Assembly: GCA_023667395.1 (NCBI GenBank)
Contig: JAMPAC010000003.1
Coordinates: forward strand, 14,972 to 78,971
Source of the DNA: Blautia sp.
GTDB taxonomy: Bacteria > Bacillota > Clostridia > Lachnospirales > Lachnospiraceae
Reading direction: 5' to 3'
DNA: 64,000 bases
Part shown: in pieces, positions 52,175 through 61,625 of the stretch
Layout: every line of letters starts with the position of its first letter
Position numbering within the stretch: position 1 is the stretch's first letter
Program-made: the position numbers and the translations under genes
The notes under the pieces: generated by a model
What the model was told of the DNA's origin: nothing
The model's input: only the letters and a program-made list of their open reading frames with translations
Databases searched by the model: none

Positions 52175-53410
52175 ATGAAGGCTTTTTTGATTTTGGAGGA
52201 CGGCACTGTGTTTGAGGGAACGCATATTGGCGCCCACAGGGAGATAATCAGTGAGATCGTGTTTAATACTTCCATGGCGGGATATCTTGAAGTGCTGACT
52301 GATCCTTCCTACGCGGGACAGGCAGTGTGTATGACTTACCCCCTGATCGGCAATTACGGTGTCTGCAGGGACGATATGGAATCTGAAAAGGCCTGGCCCG
52401 ATGGCTTCATTGTAAGGGAACTCTCCCGCATTTCCAGCAATTTCCGAAGCGATTGTACGCTCCAGCAGTTCCTGGAGGAAAACGACATACCCGGAATCGC
52501 GGGGATTGACACCAGGGCGCTGGTCAGGATCCTGCGTGAAAAGGGCACCATGAACGGCATGATCACCACTGACGAAAATTATGATTTTGACCGGATACAG
52601 CCCCGGCTGAAAGCCTATACCACCGGAAAGGTGGTGGAAAAGGTTTCCTGTAAGGAGAAATATACCTTGCAGGCAGTCACCGAACTTTCCCGGAACGGTT
52701 CCCTGTCCGGCTTCGTCCGTTTTGACAGGGAGGCCTATGAGAGAGGGGAGAGGGAGCAAAGGCCTGCGTTGGTGAGGGAACTGAACGGCGTGGGGCTGAG
52801 AGTGGCGCTGATGGATTTTGGCGCAAAGAGCAATATCGCCCGCTCCCTGACGTCAAGGGGCTGCGAGGTGACGGTTTACCCTGCCTGGACCCCTGCGGAG
52901 GAGATCATCGGCGCGGAACCTGACGGCATCATGCTCAGCAACGGGCCGGGAGATCCCAAGGAGTGCACATCCATCATAGAGGAACTGAAGAAGCTGTACC
53001 GCACGGACATCCCCATTTTCGCGATCTGCCTGGGGCATCAGCTGATGGCGCTTGCCAACGGCGCGGATACTTATAAGATGAAATACGGCCACAGGGGCGG
53101 GAACCATCCCGTGAAAGACCTGGGGACAGGGCGGGTCTATATTTCCTCCCAGAACCACGGCTATGTAGTGGATACGGACAGGCTGGATCCCGGGGTGGCG
53201 GTGCCTGCTTTTGTGAATGTGAACGACGGAACCAACGAGGGACTTTCCTACACCGGAAAGAAAATATTCACGGTGCAGTTCCATCCCGAGGCGTGCTGCG
53301 GCCCCCAGGATTCGGGGTATCTGTTCGACAGGTTCATAGAGATGATGAAGGAGAAAATACGCAGTAATGGAGAGATCAGAACCAGTTCCTGCAAGCAGGA
53401 ACTGGAATAA
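52175..53410 (+). CDS. carA: Carbamoyl-phosphate synthase small (glutaminase) subunit
   Basis: 411 aa from ATG 52175 (AGGAGG SD). LTDPSYAGQ..MTYPLIGNYG, GATase ICLGHQL...FHPEA. It has an internal extra segment of about 35 aa, and its last ~9 codons plus stop lie in repeat A copy 3. Confidence 0.93.
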   Translation: MKAFLILEDGTVFEGTHIGAHREIISEIVFNTSMAGYLEVLTDPSYAGQAVCMTYPLIGNYGVCRDDMESEKAWPDGFIVRELSRISSNFRSDCTLQQFLEENDIPGIAGIDTRALVRILREKGTMNGMITTDENYDFDRIQPRLKAYTTGKVVEKVSCKEKYTLQAVTELSRNGSLSGFVRFDREAYERGEREQRPALVRELNGVGLRVALMDFGAKSNIARSLTSRGCEVTVYPAWTPAEEIIGAEPDGIMLSNGPGDPKECTSIIEELKKLYRTDIPIFAICLGHQLMALANGADTYKMKYGHRGGNHPVKDLGTGRVYISSQNHGYVVDTDRLDPGVAVPAFVNVNDGTNEGLSYTGKKIFTVQFHPEACCGPQDSGYLFDRFIEMMKEKIRSNGEIRTSSCKQELE

Positions 53411-53523
53411 AAAACAGTCTCGAAATGAAAGCGCCCAGAAAGAATTTCAGACGCCTGGGCGGCTGAAGATTCTTTCGCTGATAAAGGGCGCTGGAATGGA
53501 GAGACGGGACTGGAATGGAGGAA
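53384..53523 (+). repeat. Dispersed repeat family A, copy 3
   Basis: agttcctgcaagcaggaactggaataaaaaacagtctcgaaa...gggactggaatggagg. It contains the carA stop codon and the carB SD. Confidence 0.85.
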
Positions 53524-53529
53524 GTGTAA

Positions 53530-56500
53530 ATGCCTAAGAATCCAAATGTAAAACGTGTTATGGTGATCGGTTCCGGCCCTATCGTCATCGGGCAGGCGGC
53601 GGAATTTGACTATGCGGGGACGCAGGCATGCCGCTCCCTGAAAGAGGAAGGCGTGGAGGTCATCCTAGTAAATTCCAACCCTGCCACCATCATGACGGAC
53701 AAGGACATTGCTGACAAAGTATATATCGAGCCCCTGACCGTAAAGGTCCTGGAGCAGATCATTGAGCAGGAGAAGCCGGACAGCATCCTGCCCACCCTGG
53801 GCGGACAGGCCGGCCTGAACCTGGGCATGGAACTGGAGGAATCGGGCTTCCTGGCGGCTCATGGGGTGACGCTTCTGGGGACCACGGCGGCCACCATCCG
53901 CAATGCGGAGGGACGCCAGGAGTTCAAGGATCTGATGGAGCGCATCGGGGAGCCCTGCGCGGCCTCCAAGGTGGTGGAGAGCGTGCAGGAGGGGATTGAG
54001 TTCACAGGTTCCATCGGCTATCCCGTGGTGCTGCGGCCTGCGTACACGCTGGGGGGCTCCGGCGGCGGTATCGCCCACAACCAGGTGGAACTGGAGGAGA
54101 TTTTGGAGAACGGCCTGCGTCTGTCCCGGGTGGGGCAGGTATTGGTGGAGCGCTGCATTGCAGGCTGGAAAGAGATCGAGTATGAGGTGATGCGCGACAG
54201 CGCGGGCAACTGTATCACCGTATGTAACATGGAAAATATCGACCCCGTGGGCGTGCATACCGGCGACAGCATTGTGGTCGCGCCCTCCCAGACACTGAGC
54301 GATAAAGAGTACCAGATGCTGCGCACCTCCGCCCTGAAGATCATCAGCGAACTGCGGATCACCGGCGGCTGCAACGTGCAGTTTGCGCTGCATCCCACCA
54401 GCTTTGAGTACTGCGTGATCGAGGTCAATCCCCGTGTCAGCCGTTCTTCCGCGCTGGCCTCCAAGGCAACCGGCTATCCCATTGCCAAGGTGGCGGCGAA
54501 GATCGCGCTGGGATACACCCTGGACGAGATCAGGAACGCCATCACGGAGAAGACTTACGCTTCTTTCGAGCCTGCGCTGGATTACTGCGTGGTAAAGATT
54601 CCCAGGCTTCCTTTCGATAAGTTTATCACGGCAAAACGGACACTGACCACCCAGATGAAAGCCACTGGCGAGGTCATGAGCATCTGTGATAATTTCGAGG
54701 GGGCGCTGATGAAAGCCATCCGTTCCCTGGAGCAGCATGTGGACTGCCTCTTAAGCTATGATTTCAGCGCCCTGTCGGTTGAGGAACTGAAGGAACGCCT
54801 GGAGGTGGTGGACGATCAGCGGATCTGGGTGATCGCGGAGGCGCTGAGAAAGGGGATCGATTACGATACCATCCATGAGATCACCATGATTGACACCTGG
54901 TTCATCGACAAGATCGCCGTTCTGACAGAGATGGAGCAGGCGCTGCAAAAGGGGCCGCTCACGTTGGAACTGTTAAAGGAGGCAAAGCGGATCGAGTTCC
55001 CTGACAATGTGATCGCAAGGCTTACAGGGAAGACGGAAGATGAGATAAAGAACATGCGTTATGAAAATGGCATCAGAGCCGTCTATAAGATGGTGGATAC
55101 CTGCGCGGCGGAATTTGCGGCATCAACGCCCTATTATTATTCCGTCTATGGGGGCGAGTGTGAAGCCAGCGCGGATAGAAATTCTAATGCTCACACCAGC
55201 GGGTGTTTCGCAAAGAATTTCTACGGTTCGCTGTGCGAACCTATCCGCACGGAAGAACGCGGGGACGGCGTTCTTCCCAACCCTGGGGAGAGTTGCCGCA
55301 AAAAGGTGCTGGTGCTGGGTTCCGGCCCCATCCGCATCGGGCAGGGTATCGAGTTCGACTATTGCTCCGTCCATGCCACATGGGCTTTTTCCAAAGCGGG
55401 CTTCGAGACCATCATCATCAACAATAACCCGGAGACTGTGAGCACGGACTTTGACATAGCGGACAAGCTGTATTTTGAACCCCTGACGGCGGAGGATGTG
55501 GAGGCCGTGGTCAGCATCGAGCATCCCGACGGGGCGGTGGTGCAGTTTGGCGGGCAGACCGCCATCAAGCTGACGGAGAGCCTGATGAAGATGGGTGTAC
55601 CCATCCTGGGGACGAAAGCGGAGGACGTGGACGCCGCGGAGGACAGGGAACTGTTCGACAGGATCCTGGAGGAGATGAAGATCCCCAGGGCCGCAGGCGG
55701 AACGGTATACACGGCGGAGGAAGCAAAGGCGGTGGCCAACCGTCTGGGCTATCCCGTGCTGGTGCGCCCCTCCTATGTGCTGGGCGGGCAGGGGATGCAG
55801 ATTGCCATTTCCGATGAGGAGATCGAGGAATTCATGGAGATCATCAACCGGATCGCCCAGGATCATCCGATCCTGGTGGACAAGTACCTGCAGGGCAAGG
55901 AGATAGAGGTGGATGCGGTCTGCGACGGCACGGATATCCTGATCCCCGGCATCATGGAGCATATCGAGCGGACGGGCGTCCATTCCGGGGACAGTATTTC
56001 CGTGTACCCTGCCCCCACCATCGGTAAGCTGATCAAGGATAAGATAGCGGAGTATACCAGAAGATTGGCAAAAGCGCTGCATGTAAAGGGGCTGATCAAT
56101 ATCCAGTTCATCGCCATCGGCGAGGATGTGTATGTGATCGAGGTCAATCCCCGGTCTTCCCGTACCGTGCCCTATATCAGCAAGGTGACCGGAATCCCCA
56201 TTGTGGATTTGGCCACGGAGGTGATCCTGGGAAAGACCATCCGGGAATTGGGGTATGAGCTGGGATTGCAGCCGGAGGCGGCTTATTACGCCATCAAGAT
56301 GCCGGTATTCTCCTTTGAGAAGATCCGGGGCGCGGAGGTCAGCCTGGGGCCGGAGATGAAGTCCACCGGGGAATGTCTCGGCATTGCGAAAGAATACCAC
56401 GAGGCGCTGTATAAGGCGTTTCTGGGCGCGGGCGTCAATCTGCCCAAATATAAGAACATGATCATTACGGTAAAAGATGCCGATAAGGGGGAAGCCATTG

Positions 56501-56838
56501 AGATCGGACGCCGCTTTGAGAAGCTGGGGTATACCATTTACGCCACCAGGAGCACGGCGGCTGCCCTGAACGAGGCGGGCGTGAAGGCGAGAAAGGTGAA
56601 CAAGATATCCCAGGAGTCGCCCACCGTCATGGACCTGATCCTGGGACACAAGATTGACCTTGTGATCGATACTCCTACCCAGGGACGTGACAAGAGCCGT
56701 GACGGCTTCCTGATCCGCCGTACCTCCATTGAGACGGGGATCAACTGCATCACGGCCATGGATACGGCCAGGGCGCTGGTGACCAGCCTGGAAAATGCCA
56801 GCAACCGGCTGACCCTGGTGGATATTGCAAAGCTGTAA
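53530..56838 (+). CDS. carB: Carbamoyl-phosphate synthase large subunit
   Basis: 1102 aa. Duplicated ATP-grasp halves (VMVIGSGPIVIGQAAEFDYAG / VLVLGSGPIRIGQGIEFDYC) and an MGS-like C-terminus. It has about 35 extra residues in the inter-half linker. Confidence 0.95.
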   Translation: MPKNPNVKRVMVIGSGPIVIGQAAEFDYAGTQACRSLKEEGVEVILVNSNPATIMTDKDIADKVYIEPLTVKVLEQIIEQEKPDSILPTLGGQAGLNLGMELEESGFLAAHGVTLLGTTAATIRNAEGRQEFKDLMERIGEPCAASKVVESVQEGIEFTGSIGYPVVLRPAYTLGGSGGGIAHNQVELEEILENGLRLSRVGQVLVERCIAGWKEIEYEVMRDSAGNCITVCNMENIDPVGVHTGDSIVVAPSQTLSDKEYQMLRTSALKIISELRITGGCNVQFALHPTSFEYCVIEVNPRVSRSSALASKATGYPIAKVAAKIALGYTLDEIRNAITEKTYASFEPALDYCVVKIPRLPFDKFITAKRTLTTQMKATGEVMSICDNFEGALMKAIRSLEQHVDCLLSYDFSALSVEELKERLEVVDDQRIWVIAEALRKGIDYDTIHEITMIDTWFIDKIAVLTEMEQALQKGPLTLELLKEAKRIEFPDNVIARLTGKTEDEIKNMRYENGIRAVYKMVDTCAAEFAASTPYYYSVYGGECEASADRNSNAHTSGCFAKNFYGSLCEPIRTEERGDGVLPNPGESCRKKVLVLGSGPIRIGQGIEFDYCSVHATWAFSKAGFETIIINNNPETVSTDFDIADKLYFEPLTAEDVEAVVSIEHPDGAVVQFGGQTAIKLTESLMKMGVPILGTKAEDVDAAEDRELFDRILEEMKIPRAAGGTVYTAEEAKAVANRLGYPVLVRPSYVLGGQGMQIAISDEEIEEFMEIINRIAQDHPILVDKYLQGKEIEVDAVCDGTDILIPGIMEHIERTGVHSGDSISVYPAPTIGKLIKDKIAEYTRRLAKALHVKGLINIQFIAIGEDVYVIEVNPRSSRTVPYISKVTGIPIVDLATEVILGKTIRELGYELGLQPEAAYYAIKMPVFSFEKIRGAEVSLGPEMKSTGECLGIAKEYHEALYKAFLGAGVNLPKYKNMIITVKDADKGEAIEIGRRFEKLGYTIYATRSTAAALNEAGVKARKVNKISQESPTVMDLILGHKIDLVIDTPTQGRDKSRDGFLIRRTSIETGINCITAMDTARALVTSLENASNRLTLVDIAKL
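55176..55278 (+). repeat. Dispersed repeat family B, copy 3, in frame inside carB
   Basis: agaaattct...agaatttctacggttcgctgtgcgaacctatccgcacggaagaacgcggggacggcgttcttcc aligns with 45325-45375 (atctacggttccgctttgcggaacctatacgcgcggaagaatcgc). It contains three hairpins. Confidence 0.75.
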
Positions 56839-56842
56839 GGAT

Positions 56843-57154
56843 TCAGCGGCATAAAAACAGTTCCAATACGAAAACCACCACGCAGCAGATGACGGATACG
56901 GGAAACAGGCCTGCTCCGCACCATGCGGCGATGATGCCGATGATCAGCGCCGTCGCCCCGGCAATGGGAGACTGGGTTGCGTCCAGGATGGCGGGGAAAG
57001 TCATTACCGCCAGCGTGACATAGGGTACATAATACAGGAAAGAGCGCAGGAAACGGTTTTTGATCTGTTTTCGGATCAGGGTCAGGGGCAGTACGCGGAT
57101 GGTGTAGGTGATTGCCGCCATGATCCCGATGTAAATGTAAATATTGTGTGTCAT
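56843..57154 (-). CDS. azlD: Branched-chain amino acid exporter small subunit AzlD
   Basis: 103 aa, hydrophobic. It overlaps the azlC stop by 4 nt. Confidence 0.7.
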   Translation of the reverse strand: MTHNIYIYIGIMAAITYTIRVLPLTLIRKQIKNRFLRSFLYYVPYVTLAVMTFPAILDATQSPIAGATALIIGIIAAWCGAGLFPVSVICCVVVFVLELFLCR

Positions 57155-57861
57155 GCCGCTGCCTCCTCATCTTCCCGCACAGGGAACAGCGCGGCGGCCA
57201 CAGCCGAAATGACCACCGTCAGGATGATCGTCCTTGTGCCGCTGGAAAGCTGTGAGATATGGGGCAGGCTGGCGGCGGCAAAGCTTAAGAGGAAGCTGAT
57301 CAGTACGAAGACCGCCACAATGCGGTTTTTTCTGGCGGGCGGGATGATCACTGCCAGGAACATCCCGAATAGCGCCACACTGAGGGCGCTGACTGCCCTT
57401 AAGGGCAACAGGTTGCCCGCAGTGACGCCCAGGGCGGTGCCGCAGGCCCAGCAGGGGGCGGCGATCGCGATAGCGCCATATGTATAATAAGGATCCAGGA
57501 TCCCGGGTCTGGCAATGGTAATCCCGAATATTTCATCCGTCACGTCATATCCCACCAGCAGACGGTGTCTTAAAGGCGTATCAGGGGAGAATTTCTGGCT
57601 CAGGGCGCAACTCATTAATAAATAACGTGCGTTTGCAACCAGTGTCATTAAAATCATTTCAAGATAGGAGGCATTGGCGGCGATCACGGTGAAACCGGCG
57701 TATTCGCCCGCGGACGCGTTGTTCAGCAGGCTGGCGATAAAGCCCTGAAAAGCGGTGAGGCCCGCGCTTCTGGCAGCCACGCCGAGGGAAAAAGACACGG
57801 CAAGGTATCCCAGTCCAATGGGAATGCCGTCCCGCATTCCCTCTTTCCATTCTTTTCTCAT
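57151..57861 (-). CDS. azlC: Branched-chain amino acid exporter AzlC
   Basis: 236 aa, polytopic. The AzlC-like N-terminus reads GIPIGLGYLAVSFSLGV. Confidence 0.75.
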   Translation of the reverse strand: MRKEWKEGMRDGIPIGLGYLAVSFSLGVAARSAGLTAFQGFIASLLNNASAGEYAGFTVIAANASYLEMILMTLVANARYLLMSCALSQKFSPDTPLRHRLLVGYDVTDEIFGITIARPGILDPYYTYGAIAIAAPCWACGTALGVTAGNLLPLRAVSALSVALFGMFLAVIIPPARKNRIVAVFVLISFLLSFAAASLPHISQLSSGTRTIILTVVISAVAAALFPVREDEEAAA

Positions 57862-57915
57862 TTGATCATTTCCACCTTAGTTTCATTATAAATGGAGTAT
57901 AATGGAGCCTTAGAA

Positions 57916-58203
57916 TTAAAGAAACTGGTTCTGTGTCCGGCGCATGAGGAATTTTACGGAGTATCCCTTTTCATCACAGATATTCCGCACAACTTCTTCC
58001 GCAATGTCTTTTACATTGTCGTTGACGCAGATGATGCAGATATTCTTTTTTCTGTTGAACAGAGAGGGCTTCTGCCAGCGGATGTAGTAGGAAATGCGGT
58101 CTTTCAAAAGTTCCCTCTCAATAAGCTGCTTGCATTCCATATCCGTGATCTCGCAAAGTTCGATCTCATTATTTACTTTCAGTGATGTGTATATCTGCTG
58201 CAT
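57916..58203 (-). CDS. Hypothetical small protein in a lower-GC patch
   Basis: 95 aa. GAGGTG SD 6 nt upstream on the minus strand. The overlapping plus-strand ORF lacks an SD. Confidence 0.5.
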   Translation of the reverse strand: MQQIYTSLKVNNEIELCEITDMECKQLIERELLKDRISYYIRWQKPSLFNRKKNICIICVNDNVKDIAEEVVRNICDEKGYSVKFLMRRTQNQFL

Positions 58204-58391
58204 AATCTCACCTCATTCATATGATACTAAAAGTTCCTTAAGTAGTATACCATATTTACGGGGTGATGTGCAATCCAATAGTTGACACAAACTCCATCCA
58301 TTTCCATTAACTTCATCTTTACTTGACTTTCATTTTGAGATATACTGTGAAAAAGGAAAGAGCCGTGGAGACGGCGGAATGCGAGGATGTT

Positions 58392-58670
58392 ATGGATATA
58401 CTGGAAAAGATCGGCGACACGATTTCGGCAAAGGGAAAAGAGGCTGCGGATAAGGCAAAGGAACTGGCCGAGATAGCGAACTTAAAGAGTCAGATCGCCA
58501 CCTGCGAGGAAGTGATCAAAAAGAATTACCTTGAGATCGGAAAAAAGTATTATGAACTTTATGGCGAGATGGCAGAGGAGACTTTCGCGAAGCAGTGCAG
58601 TGCCATTAAAAACGCCAGACACGGCGTGGAGGAACTGCAGCGGAAGATTGACGACATCAAGGGTCTGTGA
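58392..58670 (+). CDS. Hypothetical coiled-coil protein
   Basis: 92 aa from ATG 58392, helical and charged. Confidence 0.5.
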   Translation: MDILEKIGDTISAKGKEAADKAKELAEIANLKSQIATCEEVIKKNYLEIGKKYYELYGEMAEETFAKQCSAIKNARHGVEELQRKIDDIKGL

Positions 58671-58698
58671 CAAGGGTCTACGGCCCTGGCTGAAACAG

Positions 58699-58732
58699 AA
58701 ACGGTGACGCTTTTAGGGCGCCACCGTTTTCT
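58699..58732. terminator. Bidirectional terminator between convergent genes
   Basis: Stem aaacggtgacgc / gcgccaccgttt (one mismatch), flanked by A and T runs. Confidence 0.6.
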
Positions 58733-58740
58733 TATGTTGC

Positions 58741-61461
58741 TTATTCGTCGTTTTCCCAATCTTCTTCTTCATTCTGGGCTGCCCAGCCCCGTTGCTCCAG
58801 TTCCCACTGCTGTCCGGCGATGATCGACTCCCACTCGGGATTCGCGTAGAACGTGGCGTCATGCTGGCAGCGCTCGGAGGTACGGGAAGGAGTGTTGACA
58901 GTCTGCGTGCCGTCAGGGTTCTCTATGATGGTGGTGGAACCGCTGATCAGCGCGGGATCCTCCGCCAGGGGGAAAGTGGCTACGCCAGTATATTTGAAAG
59001 GACATTCCGGACTTGCGGGAATCCCCTGGTAAGCGCAGATATCACCCTGATAATGTATGGTACAGGTGGTGGTAGGTTCCGTGCCCTCCGCAAAAAGCTC
59101 CGACCGTATGCAGCCGTCGCACAGGCCGGGAACGGGCAGTTGGCCGGACTGCGTACAGATGTCCACCTGGATGATGCCCTCCGCCGGTCTGGCAAAAGAT
59201 TCAGGGGGCAGGTTCTCATGCACCCGCTGCATGATGGCCCGCCAGAGCGTTTTAGCCACGGCGGACTCATCGTTTGATTTGGAAGTGCTCATGCCAATAT
59301 TGTTGTCATAGCCTGCCCAGACGGAGGCGGTGTAATAAGGGGTGTAACCGCAGAACCATACGTCATGGGTATCCGTGGAGGTTCCGGTCTTTCCCGCGAT
59401 CGCCATACTCTGGCTGAAATTACATCTTGCCCCGGTACCGCCGTTCTTTACCACGTCCACCATGGCGTCGGTGAGCAGGAAAGCGGTGGTCTCCTTGATC
59501 ACCTGTCTGGTAGTGGGAGTGGTGTTGTCCAGGATCACATTGCCCTCGGAGTCGGTGACTTTCGTGTAAAGCTTCGGTTCCACATAGGTACCCATATTGG
59601 CGATGGTGGCATACCCGGCATTGATTTCATAAGGAGTGACGCCGATGGTCAGGCCGCCCAGGGCCAGGGACTGGTTGACATCCGACAGGATATCGCCGTT
59701 GCTGGCCACATAATGGTCTGTCACGGTCGTGAAGCCGAAGTTCAGCAGATAGTCATATCCCAGCTGGGGTGTGATCACGGTCAGGTTTTTCACCGCAATG
59801 ATATTCAGGGATTCCCTGGTGGCTTCCCGGATGGACTGGATGCCCCGGTAGCCTGTGGAGTACCAGTTGCTTACAGGCTTTCCGTCGTCATAGTTAAAGG
59901 GCGCGTCGTTATATACGGTGGCAAGGGTCTTGCCGGCGCTATCTAAGGCAGGGGCAAAGGAAGCCAGCACCTTGAAAGTGGAGCCGGGGGAACGCATGGC
60001 GGAAGTAGCCCGGTTCAGGGTACGCCTGCCCTCCTTGGTTCCGCGGCCGCCCACCAGGGCTACCACATAGCCGGTTTCCTGATCCTCGATGACAAAAGCG
60101 GCCTGGGGCTGCGCCGTCATGGAGATGGACTCGTCATAATTATCCTCATCATCCGCAACTCCCAGTTCCGCCAGCATGGCGGTACGATAGGCTTCGATGG
60201 CCTCATAGGCCTCGTCCTGGGAGGAGAAGATCAGGTTGAATTTCTTATCGATGTTTTCCTTGAACCAGGTCATCATGTTTTCCTTGCTGAAATTATGCGC
60301 GGTGTCGTCGGCGTCCCTGATGGTCAGCGCATAACTCAGGTACCACTTCGTATTGGGCGGGAAATTGTCGGGATTGGCGAATTCCTCGTCCGCAATGGCC
60401 TGGATCGTGGGATCCATGGTGGAATAGATCCTTAATCCCCCGGCGGTCAGGAGACGTTCCGTCATGCTTTCACTGTATCCCGCTATATTGATCAGATCCT
60501 CCTTGACCTGCTCGTAAACCGCATCGGAAAAATAGGATCCGGCGGTGGCGTTGCTGTTCAGGCGGTAGTCCGTGTCAAACAGGCCGATCCGCTCATAGAC
60601 GGCATCCGTGTCGGCGATGGCCTCGTCATATTCCGCCTGGGTGATAAATCCCAGATCTTTCATGTCATCCAGGCATTTCAGACGGCGGTCCCGGTTCCTG
60701 TCGGGATGGCTGATGGGATTATACCTGCTGGGATTCTGGGTGATGCTTGCGATGACGGCACACTCCGACAGGGTAAGTTCGCTGCAGGTTTTGCCGAAAT
60801 ACCGCTGGGAAGCGGATTCCACGCCCAGGGTATTCTGTCCCAGGTTGATGGCGTTCATATATTCCAGCAGGATCTGATCCTTGGAGTAGACCTTGCTGAT
60901 CTCTATGGCGAGGAACTGTTCCTGAAGCTTGCGCTTGATCTTCTTGATCATATTGTCGCCCTCTTCCATCCACTCCGTAAAGACCGTATTCTTCAGAAGC
61001 TGCTGGGTGATGGTGCTGGCGCCCTCCGCGCGGCTGCCGCCGGTCTGGAGGAAAGTATATCCGGCACGGAGCATACCTTTAAAGTCGATGCCGTTGTGCT
61101 GGTAGAAACGCCTGTCCTCAAGGGCGATAAAGGCCTGTCCCAGATGCTCCGGAATGGCGGCCATCTCCACGCGGATCCGGTTGGAGTCCGTGTTGACATA
61201 CTGGTCGATCTCGTTCCCTTCCATATCATATACGATGGTCGCCTGTCCGGAAGCCACGATGTCACTGAAATGGATGGAAGGAGTGGAGGACAGTATCCCC
61301 TTAAAAGCGCCGATTCCCGCCGCCACGCCGCAGATGCCCAGCCCCACCATGGCGATGAGCGCCAGTTCGAACAGCGACAGGATCAGTTTCCTTTCCCATT
61401 TTATTGTCTTGGAGTTCAGCGCTTTCTGCTTGGCGCGGACCCCTCTTCTTCCATAGTTCAT
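58741..61461 (-). CDS. Class A penicillin-binding protein (glycosyltransferase + transpeptidase)
   Basis: 906 aa. GT51 motifs EDRRFYQHNGID and GASTITQQL. Transpeptidase motifs STFK and GKTGTS. N-terminal TM anchor. Confidence 0.9.
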   Translation of the reverse strand: MNYGRRGVRAKQKALNSKTIKWERKLILSLFELALIAMVGLGICGVAAGIGAFKGILSSTPSIHFSDIVASGQATIVYDMEGNEIDQYVNTDSNRIRVEMAAIPEHLGQAFIALEDRRFYQHNGIDFKGMLRAGYTFLQTGGSRAEGASTITQQLLKNTVFTEWMEEGDNMIKKIKRKLQEQFLAIEISKVYSKDQILLEYMNAINLGQNTLGVESASQRYFGKTCSELTLSECAVIASITQNPSRYNPISHPDRNRDRRLKCLDDMKDLGFITQAEYDEAIADTDAVYERIGLFDTDYRLNSNATAGSYFSDAVYEQVKEDLINIAGYSESMTERLLTAGGLRIYSTMDPTIQAIADEEFANPDNFPPNTKWYLSYALTIRDADDTAHNFSKENMMTWFKENIDKKFNLIFSSQDEAYEAIEAYRTAMLAELGVADDEDNYDESISMTAQPQAAFVIEDQETGYVVALVGGRGTKEGRRTLNRATSAMRSPGSTFKVLASFAPALDSAGKTLATVYNDAPFNYDDGKPVSNWYSTGYRGIQSIREATRESLNIIAVKNLTVITPQLGYDYLLNFGFTTVTDHYVASNGDILSDVNQSLALGGLTIGVTPYEINAGYATIANMGTYVEPKLYTKVTDSEGNVILDNTTPTTRQVIKETTAFLLTDAMVDVVKNGGTGARCNFSQSMAIAGKTGTSTDTHDVWFCGYTPYYTASVWAGYDNNIGMSTSKSNDESAVAKTLWRAIMQRVHENLPPESFARPAEGIIQVDICTQSGQLPVPGLCDGCIRSELFAEGTEPTTTCTIHYQGDICAYQGIPASPECPFKYTGVATFPLAEDPALISGSTTIIENPDGTQTVNTPSRTSERCQHDATFYANPEWESIIAGQQWELEQRGWAAQNEEEDWENDE

Positions 61462-61625
61462 TGAAATATTCCTTTCTGTGAGAAAATCCTACACGGTTTA
61501 TTATAACAAAAAGTGGTATGTAATTAAAGTTTTTTTTCCAGACTTAAGAATTGTTTCACATTTTTAACAAATTATGCTATTCTTAAAGGGTAATTTGTAT
61601 AAAAAACACAAGGATAACAATTGTT

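Noticed and set aside
55123-56649. 508-aa minus-strand ORF inside carB (and 53665-54738, 357 aa)
   Set aside because: These are shadow ORFs opposite carB, with no motifs.
57892-58185. 97-aa plus-strand ORF overlapping the 57916-58203 minus-strand ORF
   Set aside because: It has no SD, whereas the minus-strand ORF has GAGGTG at correct spacing. Only one of the two can be real.
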